A stretch of DNA of 64,000 nt from Mobula hypostoma (taxonomy: Eukaryota), in NCBI RefSeq assembly GCF_963921235.1, contig NC_086108.1, positions 117,926,001-117,990,000 on the forward strand, read 5' to 3'. The position numbers were made by a program, and so were the translations under genes. Positions 48,245-62,689 of the stretch are shown piece after piece (the stretch's first letter is position 1; every line of letters starts with the position of its first letter). The notes beneath the pieces are model-generated. The model searched no databases and was not told the origin of the DNA. It was given only the letters and a program-made list of their open reading frames with translations.

Positions 48245-51200
48245 AGCAAACTTACTAACTCATCCCTCCACTTCCTCATCCAGGTCATTTATAAAAATCA
48301 CGAAGATTAAGGGTCCCAGAACAGATCCCTGAGGCACACAACTGGTCACCGACCTCCGTGCAGAATATGACCCATCTACAACCACTCTTTGCCTTTTGTG
48401 GGCAAGCCAGTTCTGGATCTACAAAGCAATCTCCCCTTGGATCCCATGCCTCCTTACTTTCTCAATAAGCCTTGCATGGGTACCTTATCAAATGGCTTGC
48501 TGAAATCCATATACCCTTCATCTACTGTTCTTCCTTCATCAATGTGTTTAGTCACATCCTCAAAAAATTCAATCAGGCTTGTAAGGCATGACCTGCCTTT
48601 GACAAAGCCATGCTGACTATTTCTAATCATATTATACCTCTCCAAATGTTCATAAATCCTGCCTCTCAGGATCTTCTCCATCAACTTACCAATCACTTAA
48701 GTACGACTCACTGGTCTATAATTTCCTGGGCTATCTCTACTCCCTTTCTTGAATAAAGAAACAACATCCACAACCCTCCAATCCTCTGGAACCTCTCCCA
48801 TCCCCACTGATGATTCAAAGATCATCACCAGAGGATCAGCAATCTCTTCCCTCGCCTCCCACATAATAGATCCATTATATAATATCCATATATATCCATT
48901 ATATATAGTATCATATTATATCATATATCTCCATATAATATAGGAGAACAAAATAGGCCATTTGGCCCATCGTGTATGTTCCAGCATTTCATCATAGCTG
49001 ATCCAATTTTCCTCTCAACTCCAGTTTCCTGTCTTTTTCTTGTACTCCTTCAGGCCCTGACCAATCAAGAATCTATCAACTTAACATAGAAACTTAGAAA
49101 ACTTACATCACAATACAGGCCATTCGACCCACAATGCTGTGCCGAACGTGTACTTACTTACGAAATTACCTAGGGTTATCCATAGCCCTCTATTTTGCTA
49201 AGCTCCATGTACCTCTCCAGAAGCCTCTTAAAAGACCCTATCATATCTGCCTCCACCACCATTGCTGCAGCCCATTCCACACACTCACCACTATCTGCAT
49301 AAAAACCTTACCCCTGATACCTCCTCTGTATCTACTTCCACGCATCTTAAAACTGTGCCCTCCCATGTTAGCCATTTCAGCCCTGGGAAAAAACCTCTGA
49401 CTATCCACACGATCAATGCCTCTCATCATCTTGTACACCTCTATCAGCTCTCATTCTCCATCGCTCCAAGGAGAAAACGTTCCTTCATTTTAAGCTCTCT
49501 TATCAACTCTGGATTATTGCACAACACCCAGTCCAGCACAGCCAATCCCCTAGTGGGCTCAACAACAAGCTGTTCTAAAAAGCCATCCTTTAGACATTCG
49601 ACAAATTCTCTCTCTTGAGGTCCAGTACTGACCTGGTTTTCCCAGTCCACTTTCATGTTGAAATCCCCAACGATTAACATCACATTGCCTTTCTGACATG
49701 CTTTTCTATCTCCTGCTGTAATTTGTAATCCACATTTCAGCTGCTGTTTCGAGGCCTGTATACAACTGTCATGAGGGTCCTTTTACTCTTCCCATTTCTT
49801 ACTTAAACCCATAGTGACTCTACACCTTCCAATCCTATGTCATCTCTTTCTAATGATTTAATATTATTTCTCATACACAGGACCATGCCACCCCCTCTGC
49901 CTACTAACTATCTTTTCAATACACCATATATCCTTGAGCGTTCAGCTCCCAATGGCAGTCAGTCTTTAGCCAAGATTCAGAGATGGCCACAACGTCATAC
50001 TTGCCAATCTGTAGCTCAGTTTCAAGATTGTCCATTTTATTTCTTATGCTGCATGCATTCAAATGTAACACTTTCAATCCAGTATTTGTGGCTTTCTGTT
50101 TTAACTGCACCACGCCTCTATTGCCTTGTAACTCATCCCACTTGCTGTGACTATGCCTCATTTCCTGCCTGTCCTTTCTATCATCTCTGTTGCACACTAT
50201 CTTTGATTTATTTCAGTTTTCTCAGCCCTATCATTACCTCTTGGCTCTTCAACTCAGTCCCACGGTTGATGAAGGCCAACACACTGTATGCCTTCTTAAC
50301 CACAAAGTCAACCTGCGCAGCAGCTTTGAGTGTCCTATGGACGCGGACCCCAAGATCTTTTCCACCAACATACCAATCACTGAAGTAAGACTCACTGGTC
50401 TATAATTTCCTGGGCTATCTCTACTCCCTTTCATGAATAAGAGAATAACATCCACAACCCTCTAATCCTCTGGAATTTCACCTGTCCCCAATGATGCTGC
50501 AAAGATCATTGGCAGTAGCTCAGCAATCTCCTTCCTCGCCTGCCGCAGTACCCTGGGTATATCTCTTTCAGTCCCAGTGACTTATCCAACTTGATGCTTT
50601 CCAAAGCTCCAGCACATCCTCTTTCTTAATATCTATATGCTAAAGCTTTTCAATCCGCTGTAAATCATCCCTACAATCGCCAAGATCCTTTTCCGTAGTG
50701 AATACTGAAGCAAAGTATTCATTAAGTATCTCTGCTACCTCCTCCAATTCATACACACTTTTCCACTGTCACACTTGATTGGTCCTATTCTCTCACGTTT
50801 TACCCTCTTGCTCTTCACATACTTGCAGAATGCCTTGGGGTTTTTCTTAATCAGGCTAGCCAAGGCATTCTCATTGACCCTTCTGGCTCTCCAAATTTCC
50901 TAAGCTCCTTCTTGCTAGCCTTATAATCTTCTAGATCTCTATCATTACCGAGATTTTTGAACCTTTTGTAGGCTTTTCTTTCATTCTTGGCTGGATTTTC
51001 AACAGCCTTTGAACACCACGGTTCCTGTACCCTACCGTCCTATCCCTGTCTCATTGGAACGTACCTATGCAGAACGCCACGCAAATATCCCCTGAACATT
51101 TGCCACATTTCTGCCGTACATCTCCCTGAGAACATCTGTTCCCAATTTATGCCTCCAAGTTCCTGCCTGATAGCTTCATATTTCCCCTTACTCCAATTAA

Positions 51201-54200
51201 ATGCTTTCCTTACTTGTCTGTTCCTATCCCTGTCCAATGCTATGGTAAAGGAGATAGAATCGGAGGATGAGAGGTGACTTGATAGAGGTGTACAAGATAA
51301 TGAGAGGCATTGATTGCGTGGATAGTCAGAGTCTTTTCCCCAGGGCTGAAATGGCTAGCATGAGAGGGCATAGTTTTAAGGTTCTTGGAAGTAGGTACAG
51401 TGAAGATGTCAGGGGTAAGTTTTTTATGCAGAGAGTGGTGAGTGTGTGGAATGGGCTGCCGGCAACGGTGGTGGAGGTGGAAACGATAGGGTCTTTTAAG
51501 AGACTCCTGGATGTCTACATGGAGCTTTGAAGAAACGAGGGTTATGGGTAAAGCCTAGGTAATTCTAAGGTAGGGACATGTTTGGCACAGCTTTGTGGGC
51601 TGAAGGGCCTGTATTGTGCTGTATATTTTCTATGTTTCTATGTTAGAATTGTGATCGCTGTCTTCAAAATGCTCTCCCACTGAAAGATCTGACACCTGAC
51701 AATAGACAATAGACAATAGGCAATAGGTGCAGGAGTAGGCCATTCGGCCCTTCGAGCCAGCACCACCATTCACTGTGATCATGGCTGATCATCCACAATC
51801 AGTATCCATTTCCTGCCTTATCCCCATAACCTTTGATTCCACTATCTTTAAGAGCTCTATCTATCTCTTTCTTGAAAGCATCCAGAGACTTGGCCTCCAC
51901 AGCCTTCTGGGACAGAGCATTCCATATATCCACCACTCTCTGGGTGAATAAGTTTTTCCTCAACTCCGTTCTAAATGGCCTACCCCTTATTCTTAAACTG
52001 TGGCCTCTGGTTCTGGACTCATCCATCAGCAGGAACATGCTTCCTGCCTCCAGCGTGTCCAATCCCTTAATAATCTTAGATGTTTCAATAAGATCCCCTC
52101 TCAGCCTTCTAAATTCCAAAGTATACAAGCCCAATCGCTCGAATCTTTCAACGTTTGACAGTCCCGTCATCCCGGGAATTAACCTTGTGAACCTACGCTG
52201 CACTCCCTCAATAGCAAGAATGTCCTTCCTCAAATTTGGAGACCAAAATGACCAGGTTCATTTCCCAATACCAGATCAAGTACAGCCTCTCCTCTTGTAG
52301 GCTTATCTACACATTTTATCAGGAAACTTTCCCGAACACACATAACAAACTCAACTCCATCTAAACCCCTATCTCTAGGGACATGCCAATCAATATCTGG
52401 GAAATTAAAACCGACCACCACAACAACCCTGTTATTATTACACCTTTCCAGAATCTGTCTCCCTATCTGCTCCTCAATGTCCCTGTTACTATTGGGTGGT
52501 CTATAAAAAACATTCAGTAGGGCTATTGACCCCTTCCTGTTTCTAACTTCCACCCACATAGACTCAGTAGACAATGCCAACATGACTTCCTCCTTTTCTG
52601 CAGCCGTGACACTATCTCTGATCAGCAGTGCCACACCCCCATCTCTTTTGCCTCCCTCCCTGTCCTTTCTGAAACATCTAAAGCCTGGCACTCTAAGTAA
52701 CTGTTCCTGCCCCAGAGCCATCCAGGTCTCTGTAAAGGCCACAACATCATAGCGACAAGTACTGATCCACGCTCTAAACTCATCCACTATGCTTCTTGCA
52801 TTAAAATAGACACATCTCAAACCATCAGTCTGAGTGCATCCCTTCTCTATCACCTGCCTATCCTCCCCTTCGCACTGTCTCCATTTGTGAGCCAACAGCC
52901 CCTTCCTCTGTCACTTCAGTTCAGTTCCGACCCCCCAGCAATTCTACTTTAAACTCTCCCTAATAGACTTAGCAAACCTCCCTGCCAGGATATTGGTCCC
53001 CCTCAGATTCAAGTGCAACCCGTCCTTTCTGTACAGGTCACACCTCACCCAAAAGATGTCCCAATGGTCCAGAAATCTGAATGTGTGCCCCCTGCTCCAA
53101 TCCCTCAGCCACGCATTTATCCTCCACCTCATTCTATTCCTATACTCACTGTCACCTGGCACATACAGTAATCCCGAGATGACTACCTTTTTGGTTCTGC
53201 TTCTCAGCTTCCTTCCTAACTCCCTGTAGTCTGCTTTCAGGACCTCCTCCCTGTTTCCTACCTATGTCGTTGGTTCAATATGTACCACGAACACTGGCTG
53301 TTCACCTTCCCACTTCATGATATCGTGGACATGATCAGAGTGGTGGATATATGGAATGCTCTGCCCCAGAAGGCTGTGGAGGCCAAGTCTCTGGATGCTT
53401 TCAAAAAAGAGATGGATAGAGCTCTTAAAGATAGTGGAATCAAAAGTTATGGGGATAAGGCAGGAACTGGATACTGATTGTGGATGAGTGATAGTGAAGG
53501 CCTACTCCTGCACCTATTGTCTATTGTCTAAACATCCCAGATCCTGGCACCTGGGTGACAAACAACCATCTGTGTTTCTTTCCTGCATCCACAGAATCAC
53601 CTGTCTGACCCCCTAACTATAGAGTCCCCTATCACTGCTGTCTTCTTCCTTTCCCTACTCTTCTGAGCCACGGGGCCGGACTCTGTGCCAGAGGTGTGGC
53701 CACTGCTGCTTCCTCCAGGTAGGCCGTCCCCCCCAACAGTACTCAAACAGGAGTACTTATTGTTAAGGGGGACAACCACAGGGGTGCTGTCTAGTATCTG
53801 ACTCTTGTCCTTCCCTCTCCAGACTGTTACCCACTTATGTCTCCTGAGGCCCCGGTGTGACTACTTGCCTATAGTTCCTCTCTATCACCTCCTCACTTTC
53901 CCTGACCAGATGAAGGTCATTGAGCTGCAGCTCCAGTTCCCTAACACGGTCTCTAAGGAGCTACAGCTCAACGCACCTGGTGCAAATGTGGCCTTCTGGG
54001 AGGCTGGGAGTCTCCCAGACATCCCACATCTGACACCCAGTACAGAACACCCGCCTCACAGACATACTTCCTGTATCTGTTCTTCACAGATAACCTACCT
54101 CGCCTTGACCCATTATCACTGAAGCCCCGTTAAGCCAAAGCCCTCCTACTCTGTCTACCTCTACTCTGTCACCCACTCCTCGGATGCCCCGCTTTACAAA

Positions 54201-57200
54201 GTGGACTTTTTAAAAAACTCTTCCCGCCAGTCTAACTCGCTAACATCCACGCGCCTCCACAGTCATTCCTCGATCAAACTGACAAAGAAAAAACTGATTG
54301 CCTTTTATACTCTTCCCATCCGTCTAACTCGCTGACGTCCACACACCTGCACAGTTATTCCTCGATCAAACTTCTGCCTTAAATATACATAAAGACTTGG
54401 CCCCACAGCTGCCTGTGACAAAGAATTCCACAGATTCACCACTCTCTGGCTAAAAACATTCCTCCTCATCTCTGTTCTAAAGCACCCTCTATCCTGAGAC
54501 TGCGTCCCCCGGTCTTAGAGTTTCCCATGATAGGAAACATCCTCTCCACATCCACTCTATCAAGGCCTTTCACCTTTCAATAAGTTTTAATAAGGTCATC
54601 CCTCATTCTTCTGAATTCTAGTGAATACAGGTCCAGAGCCATCAAATGCTCTTCATATGACAAGCCATTCAATCCTGGAATCATTCCTTGAACCCTCTCC
54701 AGTTTCAGCATGTCCTTTCCTATATAAGGGGCCCAAACCTGCTCACAATACTCCAAGTGAGACCTCACCAGTGCTTTATGAAGTTTCCACATTACATCCT
54801 TGGTTTTATTTTCTTGTCCTCTTGAAATGAATGCTAATATTGCATTTGCCTTCCTTGCCACAGACTCAAACCGTAAATTAATCTAAGGAAATCCTGCACA
54901 AGGACTCCCAAGTCCCTTTGCATCTCAGTTTTTTTTTAATTTTCTTTCCATTTAGAAAATAGCCAACCCTTTTGTTACTTCTACAAAGTGCATGACCATA
55001 CACTTCCCAACACTGTACTCTATCTGCCTTCTCTTTGCCCATTCTCCCAATCTGTGTAAGTCCTTCTGGAGATTCTCTACTTCCTCAAGCCTACCTGCTT
55101 CTCCATCTATATTCATATCGTCTGCAAACTTTGCAACAAAGCCATCAATTCCATCATCCAATTCATTGACATATAACATAAAGAGAATCGGTCTTAACAC
55201 AGACCCTGGTGGAACACCACTATTCACCACCAGCCAGCCAGAAAGAGCTCCCTTTATTCCCATTCCCAAATGATTCTCCATTGTCTCCAACAGATTTGTC
55301 AAGCAAGATCTTCCCTTGAGCAATCCATGCTGATTACAACCTATTTTATCATGAGTCCAAACACACCTGGAGCTTTTCCTTAATAATTGACTCCAATATC
55401 TTCCCAGCCACTGAGGTCAAACTAACTGGCCTATAGTTTCCTTTAGAAACATAGAAAAGCTACAGCACAATACAGGCCCTTCAGCCCACAATGCTGTGCC
55501 GAACATGTACTTACTTGAGAAATTACTTAGGCTGACCCATAATCCTCTATTTTTCTAAGCTCCATGTGCTATCCAGGAGTCTCTTAAAAGACACTGTCGT
55601 ATCCGCCTCCACCACCGTCACTGGCACCCCATTCCACTCACCACTCTCTGTACCTACAAACGTATTTCCAAGCACCTTAAAACTGTGCCCTCTCATGATA
55701 GGCATTTTAGCCCTGATACAAAGCCTCTGACTATCCACACAATCAATACCTCTCATCATCTTATACACCTCTATCAGGTCACCTTTCATCCTCCGTCGCT
55801 CCAAGGAGAAAAGGCCAAGTTCACTCAACCTATTCTCATAAGGCATGCTCCCCAAACCAGGCAATATCCTTGTAAATCTCCTCTGCACCCTTTCTATAGT
55901 TTCCTCATCCTTCCTGTAGTGAGGTGACCAGATCTGAGCACAGTACTCCAAGTGGGGTATATGGGACCAGAGTCCTATATAGCTGTAACATTACCTCTCG
56001 GCTCTTGAACTCAATCCCACAGTTGATGAAGGCCAATGCACCATATGCCTTCTTAACTGCACAGTCAACCTGCACAGCAGCTTTGAGTGTCCTATGGACT
56101 CGGACCCCAATATCCCTCTGATCCTCCACACTGCCAATACTATATTCTGCCATCATATTTGACCTACCTAAATGAACCACTTCACACTTACCTGGGTTGA
56201 ACTCCATCTGCCACTTCTCAGCCCAGTTTTGCATCCTATCAATGTCCTGCTGTAACCTTTGACAGCCCTCCACACTCTCCACAGCACCCCCAACCTTTGT
56301 GTCAACAACAAATTTACTAACCCATCCCTCCACTTTCTCATCCATGTCATTTATAAAAATCACAAAGAGAAGGGGTCCCAGAACAGATTCCTGAGACACA
56401 CCACTGGTCACTTAACTCCATGCAGAATATGACCCGTCTACAACCACTCTTTGCCTTCTGTGGGCAAGCCAATTCTGGATCCACAAAGTAATGTCCTCTT
56501 GGATCCCCTTACTTTCTCAATAAGCCTTGCATGGGGTACCTTATCAAATGCCTTGCTGAAATCCATATACACTACATCTACTGCTCTATCTTCACCAACG
56601 TGTTTATTCACATCCTCAAAAAAATCATTCATGTTCTTTTCTTCTGCCTCTCTCCCTTCTGGAAGAGTAGAGAGACATTTGCAATTTTCCAGTTTTCCAT
56701 TCCTAATCTAGTGATGCTTGAGAAAGATCATTACTAATTCCTCCACAATCTCTTCGGCCATCTCTTTCAGAACTCTGGCAGTTATATGATCTGGTCCTGG
56801 TGATTTATCTACCTTCAGACTTTTCAGTTTCCCAATCACCTTCTCTCTGGTTATGGTAACTTCACCCACTTCATGCTCCCTGACATCTGGAACTTCCATT
56901 TTACTGCTAATGTCATCCACAGTGTAGACTGATGCAAAATATTTATTCAGCCCATCTGCCATTTCATTGTCCTCTATTACCTCTCCCACATTATTTTCCA
57001 TTCTTGCCCTTCTTTTACACTTCATGTATCTGTAGAAACTTTTGGTATCCTCTTGAATATTACTGGCTAGCTTACTTTTGTATTCCATCTTTACCTTCTT
57101 AATGACTTTTTCTAGTTGCCTTTTGCTGCTTTTTAAAAGTTTCCCAATCCTCTAACTTCCCTGTAATATTATATGCCCTCTCTTTACCTTTTATGTTGGC

Positions 57201-59890
57201 TTTCATTTCTCTTGTTAGCCACAGTTGTGCCATCTTTCCTTTAGGATACTTCTTCCTCTTTGGGATGTATATATCCTGTGCCTTCCGAATTACTTCCACA
57301 ATTTCCAGCCACTGGTGCTTTTCTGTCATCCCTGTCAGTATTCTTTTCCAGTCATCTCTGGCTGACTTCTGTCTCATGCCTCTGTAATTCCCTTTACTCC
57401 ACTGTAATATTGATACACACTGACTTTAGCTTCCCCTTCTCAAATTTCAGGGGGAAATTCAATCATATTATGGTCACTTTCCCCGATTGGTTCTTTTACC
57501 TTAAGCTTTCTAATCAATTCTGGTTCATTGCATAACAACCAATCCAGAACAGCTGATCCTCTAGTGGGCTCAACCATGAGCTGCTCTAAAAAGCCATTTC
57601 GTAGGCAATCTAGAAATTCCCTCTCCTTTTATCCAGCACCAACCTGATTTTCCTAAATAACCTGAATATTGATGCCCCCATGACTATTGTAACATTGGCC
57701 TTTTGGCATGCATTATTTATCTCCCTTGTAATTTGTAGGATACATCCTTACTAGTGTTTGGGGGTTCTGTTTACAATTCCCAATACAACTTAGGGTCTTT
57801 TTACCTTTGTTCCTTAGCTCTAGCCACAATGATTCAACACCTTCCGACCCTATGTCACCTCTTTCTAATCATTTGATATATTTTATTTACCAAAAGAACA
57901 ACGCCACACCTTCTGTCTTCCTGCCTATCCTTTCGATACAATGCGTATCCTTGGACATTAAGCTTCCAGCTATAGTTTTTCAACCATGATTCAGTGATGC
58001 CTACAACATCATACCTGCCAATCTGCACCTGTGCTGCAAGTTCATCTACCATATTCCATATACTTCACGCATTCAGATACAACACCTTCAGTCCTGTATT
58101 CATTCTTTTCAATTTTGTCGAATTATGCTCAACCTTCTGATTCCTAACTTTGTCGGAGGTCTTACCAACATCAGCCTCCACAACCTCTCCACTAACTGTT
58201 CTGCCGCTCTGCTTTCCATCCCCCTCCCTGCAACTCTAGTTTAAACCCCACTATCATGCATAAACAAACCTTACTGCTATGATATTAGTCCCCTTCCAGT
58301 TCAGGTGCAAACTGTCCCTTCTGTACATGTCCCATCTTCCCTTGAAGAGACTCCAATGATCCAAAAATCTTATGCCCTAACTCTTACACCAACTACTTAG
58401 CCACATATTAAGCTGTATAGTCTTCTTAGTTCTAGCCTCACTTGCATGTGACACAGGTAGCAATCCTGAGATCACAATCATGAATGTCCTGCCCTTTACC
58501 TTAGCCCTAACTCACTAAGACCATGAGACATAGGAAAAGAATTAGGCTATTTGGTCCATTGTGTCTGCTCTGCCATTGAATCATGGCTGATCCTTTTTAC
58601 CCCTCCTCAGCCCCACTCCCCAGCCTTTTCCCCATAACCTTTGATGCCATGTCCAATCAAAAACCCATCAAGTTCTGCCTTAAATACCCCGAACAGCCTG
58701 GCCTCCGTAGCTGCCTGTGGTAATAAATTCCACAAATGCACCACCCTCTGGCTAAAGAAATTTCTCCGCATCTCTGTTTTAAATGGACGCCCCTCTATCC
58801 TGAGGTTGTCCCCTGTTGTCCTAGACTCCCCCAGCACAGGAAACATCCTTTCCACAGCTACCCTTTCTAGGCCTTTTTAGCATTCGAAAGGATTCAATGA
58901 GATCACCTTTCATCCTTCTAATTTCCAGCGACTACAGACCCAGCGCTATCAAAAGTTCCTCATATACCCCTTTCATCCCTAGAATCATCCTTGTGAACCT
59001 CCTCTGAACCCTCTCCAATGATAGCACATCTCTTTTTAGATGAGGAGCCCAAAACTGTTCACAATACTCAAGGTGAGGCCTCACTAGTGCCTTATAAACC
59101 CTTAGCATCACATCACCTCCTCTTGTATTCTAGATCTCGTGAAATGAGTGCCAACATTCCATTTGCCTTCCTCACCACCGACGCTACCTACAAGTTAACC
59201 TTTAGGATGTTCTGCACAGGGACACCCATTTCCCTTTGCACCTCAGCTTTTTGGATTTTCTCCCCATTTAGAAAATAGTCTGCACATTTATTTCTACTGC
59301 CTAAGTGCATTTTCTAACATTGTACTTCATTTGCCAATCTTTTGCCCAGTCTCCTGATCTGTCCAAGTCCATCTGCAGCCTACCTGTTCCCTCAACACTA
59401 CCTGTTGGGATCTTTGTATTATCTGCAAACTTGGTATCAAAGCTATCTACTCCATCATCTAAATCATTGATATACAGCATAAAAAGAAGTGGTCCCAACA
59501 CCGACCGCTGTGGAACAGCACTAGTCACTGGCAGCCAACCAGACAAGGATCGTTTTCTTCCCACTCGTTGCCTCCTCCCAATCAGCCAATGCTTTAACTT
59601 TCCTGTAATACCATGGGCTCTTAACATGGTAAGTAGCCTCTTGTCAAAGGCTTTCTGAAAGTCCAAATATACAACATCCCTTTATCTATCCTACTTGTAA
59701 TCTCCTCAAAGAATTCCAACAGGTTCGTCAGGCAAGATTTCCTTTCTGCTGCTTTCCTCATTTCTTAAAGACTGGAGTGACATTTGCAGTTTTCCAATCT
59801 TCTGGCACTATGCCTCTAATAAATTTTGAAAGATCATTACTAATGCCTCCACAATCTGTACCACTACCTCTAATAGAACGCTATGGTACA

Positions 59891-60953
59891 TCTGCTCTCA
59901 CTCCATCCTCCCGCCACCCCACTAGGAATAGGGTTCTCCTGGTCCTCACCTACCACCCCACCAGCCTCCGGGTCCAACATAGTATTCTCTGTAACTTCCG
60001 CCACCTCCAACGGGATCCCACCACTAAGCACATCTTTCCCTCCCCCCCCCCCGCTTTCCGCAGGGATCTCTCCCTACGCGACTCCCTTGTCCGTTCGTCC
60101 CCCCCATCCCTCCTCACTGATCTCCCTCCTGGCACTTATCCTTGTAAGCGGAACAAGTGCTACACATGCCCTTACACTTCCTCCCTTACCACCATTCAGG
60201 GCCCCAGACAGTCCTTCCAGGTGAGGCGACACTTCACCTGTGAGTCGGCTGGGATGATATACTGCGTCCGGTGCTCCCGATGTGGCCTTCTATATATTGG
60301 TGAGACCTGACACAGACTGGAAGACCGTTTTGCTGAACACCTACGCTCTGTCCGCCAGAGAAAGCAGGATCTCCCAATGGCCACACATTTTAATTCCACA
60401 TCTCATTCCCATTCTGACATGTCTATCCATGGCCTCCTCTATTGTCAAGATGAAGGCACACTCAGGTTGGAGGAACAACACCTTATATTCCGTCTGGGTA
60501 GCCTCCAACCTGATGGCATGAACATTGACTTCTCTAACTTCCGCTAATGCCCCACCTCCCCCTCGTATCCCATCCGTTATTTATTTATATACACACATTC
60601 TTTCTCTCACTCTCCTTTTTCTCCCTCTGTCCCTCTGACTATACCCCTTGCCCATCCTCTGGGTTTTCCCCCCTCCCCCTTTTCTTTCTCCCTGGGCCTC
60701 CTGTCCCATGATCCTCTCCTATCCCTTTTGCCTATCACCTGTCCAGCTCTTGGCTCCATCCCTCCCCCTCCTGTCTTCTCCTATCATTTTGGATCTCCCC
60801 CTCCCCCTCCCCCTCCCCCTCCCACTTTCAAATCTCTTACTAACTCTTCCTTCAGTTAGTCCTGACGAAGGGTCTCGGCCTGAAACGTCGACTGTACCTC
60901 TTCCTAGAGATGCTGCCTGGCCTGCTGTGTTCACCAGCAACTTTGATGTGTGT
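59891..60953 (+). mobile_element. 5'-truncated Penelope-like element (GIY-YIG + 3' pseudo-LTR)
   Basis: GMIYCVRC...LLYIGET, LGSLQPDGMN; flanking duplication tggtaca (59884-59890, 60954-60960); host CR1 resumes afterwards. Confidence 0.93.
60858..60893 (+). ncRNA. Minimal type I hammerhead ribozyme motif in the Penelope pseudo-LTR
   Basis: Identical core to 47711-47746. Confidence 0.75.
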
Positions 60954-62689
60954 TGGTACAGTTCATCATCTGGTTCGGGTGACTTATGTTCCCTTAGGTC
61001 TTTCAGCTTTTCAAACACCTTCTCCCTTGTAGTAGTTACTACATTTACTTCTCTTCCCTCGCATCCTTCAAAATCTGGCACACTGTTTTTGACACAGTGA
61101 AGATTTATGCAAAATACTCATTAGTTCATCTGCCATCTCCTTGTCCCCTGTTATTATTTTTCTGGTCTCATTTTTGAGTGGTCCTAAATCCACTCTCATC
61201 TCTCTTTTATTTTTTACATATTTGAAAAAGCTTTTACTATCCACTTTGATACTGTTTGCTAGCTTGCTTTCATATTTCATCTTTTACCTCCTAATGATTT
61301 TTTAGTAGCTCTCTTCAGGTTCCCACTCTGTGTTCCCACTAATTTTGCTTTGTTGTATGCCCTCTCTTTTGCTTTTACATAAGCTTTTACATCTCTTATC
61401 AGCCACATTTGCACTCTTTTGCCATTTGAGTATTTAATTCCCAATGCAGAACCTCGTCACTCGTCCCGCACATGTCATTGGTATCTACACAGACCACGAC
61501 TATTCAGCGTCCCAATTAAAAATACTGAGGACTCGATCCAAGATATCCCGGACTCTGGCACCCAGGAAGCAACATAGCATTCAGGAATCTCGTTCTTGAC
61601 CACAGAACCTCCTATCCCTTTCTCTAGCTAACAAATATCCCTATCATCAGAGCGTGCCTCTTCTTCCCCTTTCCCTTCTGAATCACAGAGGCATTCTTAG
61701 TGTCAGAGACCCAACCACTGGTTTTCCTCTGTTAGGTCATTGCCACGTACCCCTCCCCACCACCCTAGGCAACATCCGAAGTGATATACCTGTTGTTGTA
61801 GGGATTGGCCACAGTGGTAATTTGCACTGGTTTTTTAACCCTTTTCCCTTTTCTGACTTTCAACCAGTTTCCTGTGTCCTGCACCTTGGATGTAACTACC
61901 TCTCTATATGTCCTATCTATCACCCCTTCAGTCCCCTGAATGATCATCCATTTTCAGCTCCAACTCCTAAACGTGGTTTGTTAGAAGCTGCAGCTGGATG
62001 CACTTCTCACAGTTGCAGTGGTCAGGCATATTGGATGTTTCCCTGCCTTCCCACATCCCGCAAGAGTAGCATTGCTCTATTCTGCCTGACTCTACTGTCC
62101 TAGCCTAGCAGATATAAAGAAGAGAAGGAAAAAAAACTTGAGCTTTCCTTTCCTTTGCTTTTTATGAAAGCCTTTCTTCGAAGAAGCCTAGAGGAGCTGA
62201 AGCCTTAGGATCACCATTCTGACTATGTCCACTCAGATGCTGGCCACTACGATGATACCCACTGCGCTTGCCCTGGCCTTCCTTTAATTTGCTCTTACTA
62301 ATCAATCCCGAAAGCTGATTGGCTGCTGGTCAAAGCTCTATTAGGCTGCTGTGAGCTGCTCTTGCCTTTTATCCTTGGGCAGTGAATCTGATTGAAGTCC
62401 CCTCCTCTCTAAACTTCTGATGTCTGGATTGGCCACTGGTCAAAGCTCTATACAAATAGATGCAGTATGTACTGCTTCACATTCCTTTGGACCACATCCA
62501 CGAGGCCGAGAGGGGGATCTTAATGTCTGGGCAGCCCAGGATCTCCATATTCATCACCCAGGCCTACACCCCGGAGAAACTAGGCGCATCCGGTGTCTAC
62601 TACAGACGGAGCCATTATGTTATGTTATGTATGAGGAAGGACAGGCAGATGAGAGCACAAAATTATAGTCAGTGGTGATGAGTTGAATT

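Larger units (their letters stand above)
46802..48860 (-). mobile_element. CR1 3' part (RT) with two nested insertions
   Basis: ORFs 47001-47594 and 48454-48696; (tttctatg) tail. Confidence 0.93.
48945..62460 (-). mobile_element. Mosaic of nested CR1 copies, mostly antisense (long ones ~50352-54370, 54375-58515, 58517-62460; short + strand tails at 51261-51642 and 53336-53530)
   Basis: Repeated EN, RT and ORF1 esterase fragments in the ORF track; distinct tails (tttctatg)n and (ctattgt)n. Confidence 0.9.

Noticed and set aside
48860..48945. AT-rich tract as a regulatory element
   Set aside because: Simple decayed (ta)-rich low-complexity sequence.
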